Shown: one piece after another, positions 1 to 11,639 of the stretch
How the letters are laid out: each line of letters begins with the position of its first letter
How positions within the stretch are numbered: the stretch's first letter is position 1
NCBI RefSeq assembly: GCF_036365525.1
Contig: NC_090399.1
Coordinates: forward strand, 11,593,558-11,657,557
Length of the DNA: 64,000 nt
Direction: 5' to 3'
Source of the DNA: Heterodontus francisci
Taxonomy: Eukaryota
The notes under the pieces: model-generated
What the model was told of the DNA's origin: nothing
The model's database searches: none
Seen by the model: the letters and a program-made list of their open reading frames with translations, nothing else
Made by a program: the position numbers and the translations under genes

Positions 1-650
1 GCTAATAGAATGTTATCGTTTATCACGAGGGGAATTGAATACAAAAGTAGGGAGGTTATGCTTCAGCTATACAGGGCATTAATGAGACCACACCTGGAGT
101 ACTGTGTACAGTACTGGTCTCCTTGTTTAAGGAAGGATGTAAATGCCTTGGAGGCAGCAGAGAAGGTTTACTAGACCACCTCAAGCCACCTGGAATGGGT
201 GGGTTGTCTTATGAAGAAAGATTGGACAGGCTAGGCTTGTATACGCTGGAATTTAGAAGAGTAAGAGGCGACTTGATTGAAACATATAAGATTCTGAGTG
301 GTTTTGACAGGGTGGATGTGGAAAGGATGTTTCCCCTTGTGGGAGAATCTGGAACTAGGGGTCACTGTTTAAAAATAAGGGATTGCCCATTTAAGACAGA
401 GATGAGGAGAAATTTTTTCTCTCAGAGGGTCGTGAGTCTTTGGAATTCTCTTCCTCAAAAGGCGGTGAAAACATAGTCTGAATATTTTTAAGGCAGAGGT
501 AGATAGATTCTTGAAAAGCAAGGGGGTAAAAGGTTATCGGGGGTAGGTGGAAATGTGGAGCAATCAGTTCAGCCATGATATTATTGAATGGTAGAGCAGG
601 CTCGAGGGGTCGAGTGACCTACTCCTGTTCCTAATTCATATGTTCATATG
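1..650 (+). mobile_element. CR1 LINE 3' end (degenerate)
   Basis: LSYEERLDRLGLYTLEFRRVRGDLIETYKI...FSQRVVSLWNSLP, the typical CR1 ORF2 C-terminus, followed by a short tandem tail. Confidence 0.85.
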
Positions 651-728
651 TAAACTACAATCTACGGACCTAGAGCTAGCTGGAAAGTGGGATTAGGCTG
701 AATGTGGTTGACTCTTACATGCTCTAGC

Positions 729-802
729 AAGGGCAGTTAGGGATGGGCAATAAATGCTGGCCTGGCCTGCGATGCCCACCTCCCATGAATGAATAAAAAA
801 AA
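729..802 (+). mobile_element. Short 3' end fragment of the LINE family at 985-2635
   Basis: agggcagttagggatgggcaataaatgctggcctggcc matches 2573-2610 and ends in an A-rich tail. Confidence 0.7.
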
Positions 803-984
803 AGGCTGCTTGTCGGCCTGCATGGACATGACGGGCTGAATAGCCTCCTTCTGTGCTGTAAAATCGTACGACCCTGAGTAATTTCTTCCATCTTGTTGGA
901 TCTATCCCCCCACCTTTGAAAGCCTCCTTTTTGATGTGACAGCTGTTCCCTTCCCATTATGTCTCCTAATCTTCAGCCAGATGT

Positions 985-2635
985 GCTGAGTTAATGATCC
1001 ATTTCGGCCTCCCCCTGAAGTCCCCAGCATCACAGATGCCAGTCTTCAGCCAATTCGATTCACTCCATGTGATATCAAAAAATGACTGAAGGCACTGGAT
1101 ACTGCAAAGGTTATGGGCAACATTCTGGCAATAGTACTGAAGACCTGTGCTCCAGAACTAGCCATGCCCTTAGCCAAGCTGTTCCAGTACAGCTACAACA
1201 CTGGCATCTACCCAAATTTGTGGAAAATTGCCTAAGTATGTCCTGTACACAAAAGGCAGGACAAGTCCAACCCGGCCAATTACCGCCCCATCAGTCTGCT
1301 CTCAATCATCAATAAAGTGATGGAAAGTGTCATCAACAATGCTATCAAGTGACACCTGTTTAGCAATAACCTGCTCACGGGCACTCAGTTGAGTTCCACC
1401 AGGGCCACTCATCTCTTGAACTCATTACAGCCTTGGTTCAAACATGGACAAAAGAGCTGAACACAAGAGGTGAGGTGAGAGTGACTGCCCCAAACATCAA
1501 GGCAGCATTTGACCGAGTATGGCATCAAGGAGTCCTAGCAAAACTGAAGTCAATGGGAATTAGGGGGAAAATTCTCCACTGGTTGGAATCGTATCGAGTG
1601 CAAAGGAAGATGTTTGTGGTTGTTGGAGGTCAATCATCTCAGTTCCAGGATATCACTGCAGGAGTTGCTCAAGGTAGTGTCCTAGGCTCAACCATCTTCA
1701 GCTGCTTCATCAATGACCTTCCATCAATCATAAGGTCAGAATTGGGGATGTTCGCTGATGATTGCACAATGTTCAGCACCATTCATGATTCCTCAGATAC
1801 TGAAGCAGTCCATGTAGAAATGCAACAAAACCTGGACAATATCCAAGCTTGGGCTGATAAGCGGCAAGAAAATTTCACGCCACACAAGTGCCAGGCAATG
1901 ACCATGTCCAGAATCTAACCATCTCCCCTTGACATTCAATGGCATTACCATCGCTGAATTCCCCCACTATCAACATCCTGGGGATTACCATTGACCAGAA
2001 ACTGAACTGGAGTAGCCATATAAATACCGTGGCTACAAGAGCAGGTCAGAGGCTAGGAATCCTGAGGCGAGTAATTCACCTCCTGACTCCCCAAAGCCTG
2101 TCCACCATCTGCAAGGCACAAGTCAGGAGGGTGATGGAATACTCTCCACTTGCCTGGATGGGTGCAGCTCCAACAACACTCAAGAAGCTCAACACTATCC
2201 AGGACAATGCAGCACACTTGATTGGCACCCTATCTACAATCATTCACTCCCTCCACCATTGATGCACAGTGGCAACGGTGTGTACCATCTACAAGATGCA
2301 CTGCAGCAATGCACCAAGACTCCTTAGATCGCACCTTCCAAACATGTGACCTCTACCACCTGGAAGGAAAAGGGCAGCAAATGCATGGGAACACCACCAC
2401 CACCTGTAAGTTCCCCTCAAAGTCACACACCATCCTGACTTGGAACTGTATCGCCCGCCGTTCCTTCACTGTCACTGGGTCAAAATCCTGGAACACCCTT
2501 CCTAACAGCACTGTGTCCCGACCTCACATGAACAGCAGCGGTTCAAGAAGACAGCTCACCACCACCTTCTCAAGGGCAATTAGGGATGGGCAATAAATGC
2601 TGGCCTGGCCAGCCATGCCCACATTCCATGAACAT
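985..2635 (+). mobile_element. 5'-truncated non-LTR retrotransposon (CR1/L2-related RT), frameshifted
   Basis: NYRPISLL, IKAAFDRVWH, GVAQGSVLG, FADD and ILGITIDQKLNWSSHI motifs across broken frames. Confidence 0.85.
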
Positions 2636-2769
2636 ATAGAAAAAAAATTATGATTGATGTCCATTTCCCTCCCAGTCCTGAATAGTGTTGCACTTTGGGA
2701 TGCCTTACTACCTCAAAGGTGCAATTTGCTGCTGTTTAGGGTCAAGCCATTTTGTTACCAATGAATAAA

Positions 2770-3700
2770 CTGAGAGCGGAATGGAGGGTCAGAGGGGTTG
2801 GAGGGGAGAGCAGAGGGGGTCAGAGCGGAGGAATTGGAAGGGAGAGATTGGAATGGAGGAATCAAAGGGCATGGATTAAAGGAAAACAATTGGAGGAGAG
2901 GGCTCGGCGACACGGGGTCAAAGTGAAAGGGTTATTTATTTTATTTAGAGATACAGCACTGAAACAGGCCCTTCGGCCCACCGAGTCTGTGCCCAACAAC
3001 CACCCATTTATACTAACCCTACAGTAATCCCATATTCCCTCCCACCTACCTACACTAGGGGCAATTTACAATGGCCAATGTACCTATCACCTGCAAGTCT
3101 TTGGCTGTGAGAGGAAACCGGAGCACCCGGCGGAAACCCACGCAGTCACAGGGAGAACTTGCAAACTCCACACAGGCAGTACCCAGAATCGAACCCGGGT
3201 CCCTGGAGATGTGATGCTAACCACTGCGCCACTGTGCCACCCCTTAAAGAAGCCAGATCAGAGAAAAGGGAGGGATTGGAGAAGAAGGGATTGGAGGAGA
3301 AAGGATTGATGGAGAAGGATCAAGTGTAGGGATTGGAGGAGGAGGGAAAGGAGGCAAGGGATCAGGGAAAGGGTTTGTAGCAGAAAGGGCAGAGGGAAAG
3401 GGTGAAAGAGGAAAGATCGTAGCAAAGCGAGCACGGAGCAAAAGAATCAGAGGGAAGTTGATTGGAGGAGAGGGTCAGAGGGGAGGAGCAGAAGGATGGG
3501 GTCAGTGTGGAGGGGTCAAAAAGGAAGCATTGAAGATGAAAGATCAGAGGGAAAGAAAGAGAACAGATGAATCAGTGATGTAGAATTGGAAGGAAGGGAT
3601 TGGAGGGGAGGGAGTGGGGAAGAAAGAATTAGATGCGAGGGATCAGAGAGGGATGAAAAGAGGGTTCAGAGTTACAGTGCAGAGATTGAAAGGAGGAGAT
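2770..3700 (+). repeat. Purine-rich (GA) low-complexity tract, interrupted by a SINE
   Basis: Degenerate ggagg/gattgga/gatcaga repeats with strong purine strand bias. Confidence 0.7.
2932..3243 (-). mobile_element. tRNA-derived V-SINE (HE1-like)
   Basis: Minus strand: tRNA-like head, V-domain (gtggagtttgc...gcgtgggtttcc...gggtgctccggtttcctc), CR1-like tail with TAAA repeats. Confidence 0.85.
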
Positions 3701-4124
3701 CGTAATTCTCAATAATGATTGCAGCACTGAGCCCAATCACTCAGACACAGGTATGTTGACATGTGTGCATTGTGTGTCTCAGTATGAGCTCCTGTACAAG
3801 CTGCACATCAATTAACAGGGCACAATTAACTCAATCCAGTACCACTCAGCTCGGGTGTCTCCAAGGCAGCTCCTGTACATGTACAACACACAGCAGCAAC
3901 AGCTTGTATTTATATCGTGAATTTAATGTGGAGAAAGCTCCCATGGAGATGTCTCCATTCCAATCTCTCTGATCCAATTACTCGCCTTTGATCACCATCC
4001 TTCCTCTTCCATCCTTCACTCAAACTCTCTCCTCTTCCATCCTTCCCCTCCTCCACATTTCTGAGAGGGAGCTGATCGACATCTTCAATCAGCCTCAACG
4101 GAACTGAAAGAAGCCACTTATTAT

Positions 4125-4450
4125 CATAGAATTATTGAATGATACAGCACAGAAGGAGGCCATTCGGTCCATCCTTAGTCGAGCTATCCAATTAGTCTCA
4201 CACCCACTGCTCTTCCTCCAGAGTCCTTTTCCCTTATCGTATCTAATTCCCTTTAGAAAGTTATTGTCGAATCTACTTCCACCACCATTTCAAGCAGCAA
4301 ATTCCAGATCACAACAACTCACTATGTAAAAATATGGTTCCCCATTTCTCCTCTGGTCCTTTTGCCAATTATCTTAAATCTGTGTCCTCTGGTTACTGTC
4401 CCTCCTGCCAGTGAAAACACTTCCTCCTTATTTACGCGATCAAAAACCCC
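4125..4450 (-). mobile_element. CR1 3' fragment
   Basis: Degenerate CR1 3' UTR and C-terminal sequence (cacagaaggaggccattcgg, aattccagatcacaac). Confidence 0.55.
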
Positions 4451-4664
4451 TTTAGATTTGATGGTATAAATCACCTAGTTTGCACCAAGTGTCGCTGTGG
4501 TTAGAATAACACACAGTCTGCTCCTGTTGCACATTAACTGCAAAGTTGGTCCAAAAATAAATGCCCTGAAGCATATCATTTTAAGTTAATACTGCTTTCA
4601 GTTGACTGATTTCATTTGCAAAAGTCAATATCACAAGATGAGGAAGTCCACTTGAATCCCTGTT

Positions 4665-5238
4665 AGAACATAAGAACAGAGGAAATAGGAGCAGGAGTAG
4701 GCCATTTGGCCCTTCGAGCCTGCTCTGCCATTCAATAAGGTCATGGCAGATCTTCGACCTCAACTCCACCTTCTTGCCCTATCTCCATATCTCTCAGTAA
4801 CTAAAAATCTATCAACATCTGTCTTGAATATCCTCAACAACTGACCTTCCACAGTTCTCTGGGGCAGAGAATTCCAAAGATTCAGAACCCTTTGAATGAA
4901 GAAAGTTCTCCCCATCTCACTCTGAAATGATCAACCCCTTATCCTGATACTGTGACCTGGTCTAGATTCCCCAGCTAAGGGAAACATTTTTTCAGCATCT
5001 ATCCCGTCAAGCCCCTTAATAATTTTATGTTTTAATGAGATTACCGCTCAGTTTTCTAAACTCCAGGGGATATCGGCCTAGTCCACTGAATCTCTCCTCA
5101 TAGGACAATCCCCTCATCCCAGAAACCAGTCTAGTGAACCTTTGTTGCACTCTCTCTAGGGCTATGATGCCCTTCCTTAAGTAAGGTGACCAAAACTGTC
5201 CACAGTAGCCCAGATGTGCCTCACCAATTCCCTGTATA
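4665..5238 (-). mobile_element. CR1 LINE 3' fragment
   Basis: HLGYCGQFWSPYLRK...LERVQQRFTRL...LSYEERF on minus; tail agaacataagaac. Confidence 0.85.
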
Positions 5239-5249
5239 ATTCCAGCGAG

Positions 5250-5750
5250 GGGACGCAGTTGAGAGAGTGAAGGGATATAGTTGAGAGAGTGAAGGGATGC
5301 AGTTGAGAGAGTGAGGGGACATAGTTGAGAGAGTGAAGGGATGCAGCTGAGAGTGAGGGGATGCAGTTGAGAGAGTGAGGGGCCGCAGTTGAGAGAGTGA
5401 GGGGACGCAGTTGAGAGAGTGAGGGGCCGCAGTTGAGAGAATGAAGGGACATAGCTGAGAGAGTGAGAGGACGCAGTTGAGAGAGTGAAGGGACGGTTGA
5501 GAGAGTGAGGGGATGCAGTTGAGAGAGTGAAGGGATGCAGCTGAGAGAGTGAGGGGACGCAGCTGAGAGAGTGAGGGGACGCAGTTGAGAGAGTGAGGGA
5601 ATGCAGTTGAGAGAGTGAGGGAATGCAGTTGAGAGAGTGAGGGGACGCAGTTGAGAGAGTGAAGGGACGCAGTTGAGAGAGTGAGGGGCCGCAGCTGAGA
5701 GAGTGAGGGGACGCAGCTGAGAGAGTGAGGGGACGCAGTTGAGAAGAGAC
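5250..5750. repeat. 22-bp minisatellite (GCAGTTGAGAGAGTGAGGGGAC)n, about 22 copies
   Basis: Directly visible period-22 repeat with minor variants. Confidence 0.95.
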
Positions 5751-5920
5751 AGTTTGCCTGAGTGAGAGACATTTTCCAGAGTGAATTTGGAAATTTAGTG
5801 CATGTGGGAATTCAGTGCAGAGGGGGAAGGAGTGGTTCCTTTTCCTATCTTTTTCAGCCTCTAGGTCAGTCTTCTTCGGCCTCCAGCAGTTGGTGAGTCT
5901 TCTTCCTCTGACTGCAAGGT

Positions 5921-8790
5921 AAGCTGTTCTACTCCGCAGTTTCATTTCATCTTTCGTCTCATCTGACGCATTAACAAAAAACTTTTTTTCTTCCTTTCAT
6001 GTGTTAAGGAACGCAAGCTCCAGCAGCTGATGGGGACTAATGTCCCACCAGATCCTCCCTCCGCTTCACTTCCCTCTGACCCCACCCCTTCTGATCTGAC
6101 CCCTTGCCGTGTATTCACTATACTCTCTGACCTCCCCCTCTCTGATGCTGAGCGTTCTGTACTCAGCAAAGGTCTCAGTTTTATCCCCTTACGCCCCCAC
6201 CTCAATGAATTTCGCGCTCAGCATGACGTTGAGCTCTTCTTCCGTTGCCTCCGCCTCTGGGCTCACTTCTTTGACCAGGAGTCCTCCCCCCGACCAGCAG
6301 ACCCATTCACCCGCCTCCAGCATTCTCCCGCTACCTGGACCCCTCCCCCTGGCCTCTTAGCCGCTCTTGATCTCTTCATTGAAAACTGTCGGCGAGACAT
6401 TAGTCATCTCAATTTCTCTGCCCCCCTCACTCACTCTAACCTGTCCCCCTCTGAACTTGAGGCACTCCGTTCTCTCAGGTCTAACCCCGACATGGTCATC
6501 AAACCTGCAGACAAGGGTGGTACTGTTGTCGTATGGCGTACCGACCTCTACCTTGCAGAAGCTCAACGCCAACTCACGGACACTTCTTCTTACCTCCCTC
6601 TGGACCATGACCCCACCACCGAACATCAAGCCACCGTCCAAAGGACTGTCACTGACCTCATCTCCTCTGGAGATCTTCCCTCTACAGCTTCCAACCTCAT
6701 AGTCCCACAACCCCGGACAGCCCGCTTCTACCTCCTTCCCAAAATCCACAAACGGGACTGTCCCGGCAGATCCATTGTGTCAGCCTGCTCCTGCCCCACT
6801 GAACTTATTTCTTCCTATCTAGACTCTATCTTTTCTCCGCTGGTCCAGTCTCTTCCCACCTACATCCATGACTCTTCTGATGCCCTACGTCATTTTGACA
6901 ATTTCCAGTTTCCTGGTCCCAACCGCTTCCTCTTCACTATGGACGTCCAATCACTCTACACCTCCATCCCCCACCAGGATAGTTTGAGGGCTCTCCGCTT
7001 CTTCCTGGAACAGAGGCCCAACCAGTCCCCATCCATCACCACCCCTCTGCCTGGCTGAACTTGTTCTCACATTGAACAACTTCTCCTTCAACTCCACGCA
7101 CTTCCTTCAAGTAAAAGGTGTCGCTATGGGTACCCGCATGGGTCCTAGTTATGCCTGTTTTTTTTGTGGGATATGTCGAGCATTCTTTGTTCCAGTCCTA
7201 CTCAGGCCCCCTCCCCCAACTCTTTTTCCGGTACATTGATGACTGTATCGGTGCCGTTTCCTGCTCCCGCCCCGAACTGGAAAACTTTATCAACTTTGCT
7301 TCCAATTTCCACCCTTCTCTCACCTTTACATTGTCCATCTCTGACACTTTCCTTCCCTTCCTCGACTTCTCTGTCTCCATCTCTGGGGATAGGTTGTCTA
7401 CTAATATCCATTATAAGCTCACCGACTCCCACAGCTACCTCGACTACACTTCTTCACACCCTACCTCCTGTAAGGACTCCATTCCATTCTCCCAGATTCT
7501 CCGTCTACGACGCATCTGCTCTGATGATGCTACCTTCCTTGACGGTGCTTCTGATATGACCTCCTTTTTCCTCAACCGAGGATTTCCCCCACTATGGTTG
7601 ACAGGGCCCTCAACCGTGTCCGGCCCATTCCCCGCACCTCTACCCTCACCCCTTCCCCTCCCTCCCAGAACCGTGACAAGGTTCCCCTTGTCCTCACTTT
7701 TCACCCCATCAGCCTCCATGTCCAAAGGATCATCCTCCACCATTTCCGCCACCTCCAGCGTGATGCCACTACCAGTCGCATCTTCCCCTCCCTTCCCCTG
7801 TCAGCATTCCGAAGGGATCGTTCCCTCCGTGACACCCTGGTCCACTCCTCCATTACCCCCACCACCTCGTCCCCGTCCCATGGCACCTTCCCCTGCAATC
7901 ACAGGAGGTGTAATACCTGCCCATTTACCTCCTCTCTCCTCACTATCCCAGGCCCCAAACACTCCTTTCAGGTGAAGCAGCGATTTACTTGTACTTCTTT
8001 CAATGTAGTATACTGTATTCGCTGCTCACAGTGTGGTCTCCTCTATAATGGGGAGACCAAGCGCAGACTGGGTGACCGCTTTGCAGAACATCTCCGCTCA
8101 GTCTGTAAGCAGGACCCTGAGCTTCCGGTTGCTTGCCATTTCAACACTCCCCCCTGCTCTCATGCTCACATCTCTGTCCTGGGATTGCTGCAGTGTTCCA
8201 GTGAACATCAACGCAAGCTCGAGGAACAGCATCTCATCTACCGATTAGACACACTACAGCCTGCCGGACTGAACATTGAGTTCAATAATTTCAGAGCATG
8301 ACAGCCCCCCATTTTACTTTCATTTTTAGTTATTTTTTCTTCCTTTTTTTTTACATTCTTTTTGACATTTTTTACAATTTTTTTTTGCATTTATTTCATT
8401 TCATCTTAGTTTGTTCAGTTTGCTTACCCCCTGTTTTTTTTCAGGTTTGCACTTGCTGCTGTTCAATATTCAGTGTATTAACACCTAATCTGTCCTAATG
8501 CTTTGTCTTTCAACACACCATTAACATAATGTTTGCCTTTGCTCCGTGACCTTTTGGTCAGCTATGTGGTCTGGTCCAATCTAGACCTCCTTTGTTATCT
8601 CTTGCCCCACCCCCACCTCACTTGCTTACAACCTGTGACTTTTCTAATATTTGTCAGTTCCGATGAAGCATCACTGACCCGAAACGTTAACTCTGCTTCT
8701 CTTTTCACAGATGCTGCCAGACCTGCTGAGTGGTTCCAGCATTTCTTGTTTTTATTTCAGATTTCCAGCATCCGCAGTATTTTGCTTTTA
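5921..8790 (+). mobile_element. Penelope-like element (RT plus GIY-YIG endonuclease, Neptune-type Cys linker), frameshifted
   Basis: IKPADKGG, FYLLPKIHK, MDVQSLYTSIP, GVAMG, FRYIDD; PCNHRRCNTC linker; VVYCIRC..C.LLYNGET..R..EH. Frameshifts near 7045, 7160 and 7590. Confidence 0.92.
8656..8692 (+). ncRNA. Minimal hammerhead-ribozyme-like motif in Penelope 3' region (stem II mutated)
   Basis: agtt-CCGATGA-a-gcatc/act/gaccc-GAAA-CGTT-aact; stem I is agtt/aact. Confidence 0.55.
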
Positions 8791-11635
8791 ATAAGAAGGG
8801 ATGTGGTCTCAGAAGATCATGAAGTAGAATCAGTTTGGGTGGAAATTAGGAATAGCAGGAGTCAGAAAACACTGGTGGGTGTAATTTACAGGCCCCCTCA
8901 CAATGGTTATATTATTGGACATAATATTAAATGGGAAATTATTGGAGCATATAAAATAGGTAATGTATTAATTGTGGGGTACTCTAATATGCATATAGAC
9001 TGGGACAATCAGATTGGCAACGGTCGTCTAAAAGATGAATTTGTAGAATGTTTTCATGACAGTTTCTTGGAGCAATACATTGTAGAACCAACTAGGGATA
9101 ATGCTATCTTAGATCTCGTATTGTGTAATGAAGCAGGGTTAATAAGCAATATCATAGTAAAAGATCCACTGGGAAATAGTGATCATAATACCATAGAACT
9201 TTATGTTAAGTTTGAAAATGATACATTTCAATCACAAACAAGAATCTTAAACTTAAATAAAGCCAATTACAAAAGTATGAGGGGAGAACTGGCTCAGGTT
9301 AATTTGGGTAAATAGACTGGAAGGTATGGCAGTAAACGAACGTTGGGGAACATTTAAAGAAACAATTCAAAGGGTTCAACAAAAGCACATTCCCATCAAA
9401 AAACAAAACCTCACTCAGAAAGACCCATCCATGGCTCACTCAGAAAGTTAAGGAGAGTATTTGACTAAAAGAAGTGGCTTACAAGGTTGCAAAAAAATAG
9501 TAGCAAGGCTGAGGATTGGGAGTGTTTTAGAAACCAGCAATGAGCCACCAAAAAGTTGATAAAAAGGGAACAAATAGAATTTGAGAGTAAACTAGTAGGG
9601 TAGATAAAGGGGAACCAGTAGATGTAGTTTACCCGGTTTTTCAAAAAGCATTCGATAAGGTGCCACATAAAAGATTAATAAGCAAGATAAGGGCTCATGG
9701 TGTTAGGGGTACTATATTAGCATGGGTAGAGGACTGGTGAACAGACAGGAAGCAGAGAGTGGGCATAAATGGGGCATTTTCAAGTTAGCAGGCAGTGAAT
9801 AGTGGGGTGCCACAAGGATCAGTGCTGGGGCCTCTGCTATTTACACTCTATATTAATGACTTGGATGCAGAAATAGAGAATAATGTATTTAAGTTTGCTC
9901 ATGATATGAAGCTTGGTGGAAAAGTAAGATGTAGGGAGGATGTAGAGAGGTTGCAAAGAGATATAGACAGGTTAAGTGAGTGGGCAACAAGATGGCAAAT
10001 GGAATATAATATCAGGAAGTGTGAAGTTGCTCACTTTGGTCGTAAAAATAGAAAAGCAGAATATTTTTTAAAAGGTTGAAACTGGTAAGTGTTGATGTTC
10101 AAAGAGACTTGCGGGTACTCGTACAAGGAACACACAAAGTTAACATGCAGGTGCAGCGGGCTATTAGGAAGGCAAATAGCATATTGTCCTTTATTGCAAT
10201 GGGATTGGAGTACAGGAATAAAGAAGTCTTACTAAAATTGTGCAGTGTTTTGGTGAGACTGCATCTGGGATACTGTGTGCAGTTTTGGTCTCCACATTTA
10301 AGAAAGGATTGTGTTATGACCAGGTGAGAAAGGTATCTAGGGGTCTCTTTCAGCCTTCACCTGGTCTTATTATAACAGGGTTTTAAATTTTTAAACACAC
10401 TATGTTTTGAGCTCCCCCTTGGTGAATCCTTGTTCACAGCTTTCCAATTATAAGGCAAAGAAATAAGCACGCCAGGTTTTCTTAGGTTTAAAGAAGGAAA
10501 GTGAAATTTATTAAACTTACTTAACTGTAATTTGGTTAACGCCTACGGATATACAACGTGCCCACGCTAATATGCACACACGATACACACATGCAAATAG
10601 GGACAGAAAAGTTCAGAAGAAAAATAGAGAGGTTTGAGGCAGTCTCTGAAGGGGGTTTCTTGTTACTGTGTCTGTGTTTCCAGCTCGCCGTAGAGCCTTT
10701 GATTGTAGACAGCTCTTACATTTCGTTGGGGCCCAGTATTCTTCTTAAACCTTGCTCAAGTAGGAGACTTTTGAGTTTGCATGTCTTCAATGGGTCTTCA
10801 GTTCCATGATAAAAAGTTGGGAGGCAGGCAAACAGGAGAGGGGGTTCTGCTTCAGTCCCGGAGCACACGGCTTTTTGCTCAGTTCAAAGCTCTGTGGCAA
10901 GTTCAAATTCTGCAACAGCCAGCTAGTCATGTGACTTAACTGGTCTGACCAGTCCTGGTTCTTGTGGATTGTCTTGTTCAAGCAGACCCTGGAATGTCTG
11001 CTCTACACACAATACCTAGTGATCAGAGGTCCATTGTGGATTAAACTGGAGCAGGGAATAGCCCCTTTGTCCTTTGAAGTACTGTCTGTTTATATGCTTA
11101 TGTTTCTCTCCAGCCAAATTCTCCAATTTTTTTTAAAGCAAGTTCTTTCTTCACCAACAACAGTTTAATATCAATGTTCATGGGGAAAAATTAATATTCC
11201 TTATTCTTGGCAGGTGGGTCTGCCTGACAATATACTTGCACTGGAGGCAGTCCAGCGAAGATTTACTGGATTGGTCCCTGAGATGAGGGGGTTGTCCTAT
11301 GATGAGAGGCTGAGTAAGTTGGGCCAATATTCTCTGGAGTTTAGAAGAATGAAAGGCGATCTAATTGAAACATACACAATTCTGAAAGGCCTTGATAAGG
11401 TAGAAGCTGAGAGATTGTTTCCACTGGTCAGGGAATCTAGAACACGGAGACACAGTCTCAGGATAAGGGGTCAGTCATTCAGGACTGAGATGAGGAGAAA
11501 TTATTTCACTCAAAGGGTCGTGAATCTTTGGAATCCTCTACCCTAGAGGGTTGTTAGCCATGATCATACTGAATGGCGGAACAGCCTTGATAGGCCCTAT
11601 GGTCTACTTTCGGCTCCTATTTCTTGTGTTCTTGT
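8791..11635 (+). mobile_element. Degenerate CR1 LINE ORF2 (APE endonuclease plus RT), interrupted by an LTR
   Basis: ESVWVEIRN, YRPP, PTRDNAILDLVL, LGNSDHN, SGVPQGSVLGP, LSYDERL, WNPLP. Confidence 0.85.
10312..11229 (-). mobile_element. Probable solo LTR (about 0.92 kb) inserted in CR1
   Basis: TGT...ACA termini; splits CR1 AGAAAGGAT|ATACTTGCA; AATAAA on minus near 10510. No clean TSD, and orientation is tentative. Confidence 0.65.
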
Positions 11636-11639
11636 GTCC

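Noticed and set aside
5025-5945. 306-aa and overlapping Ser/Leu/Pro-rich ORFs
   Set aside because: They are translations of the stop-free strand of the 22-bp minisatellite running into a CR1 fragment.
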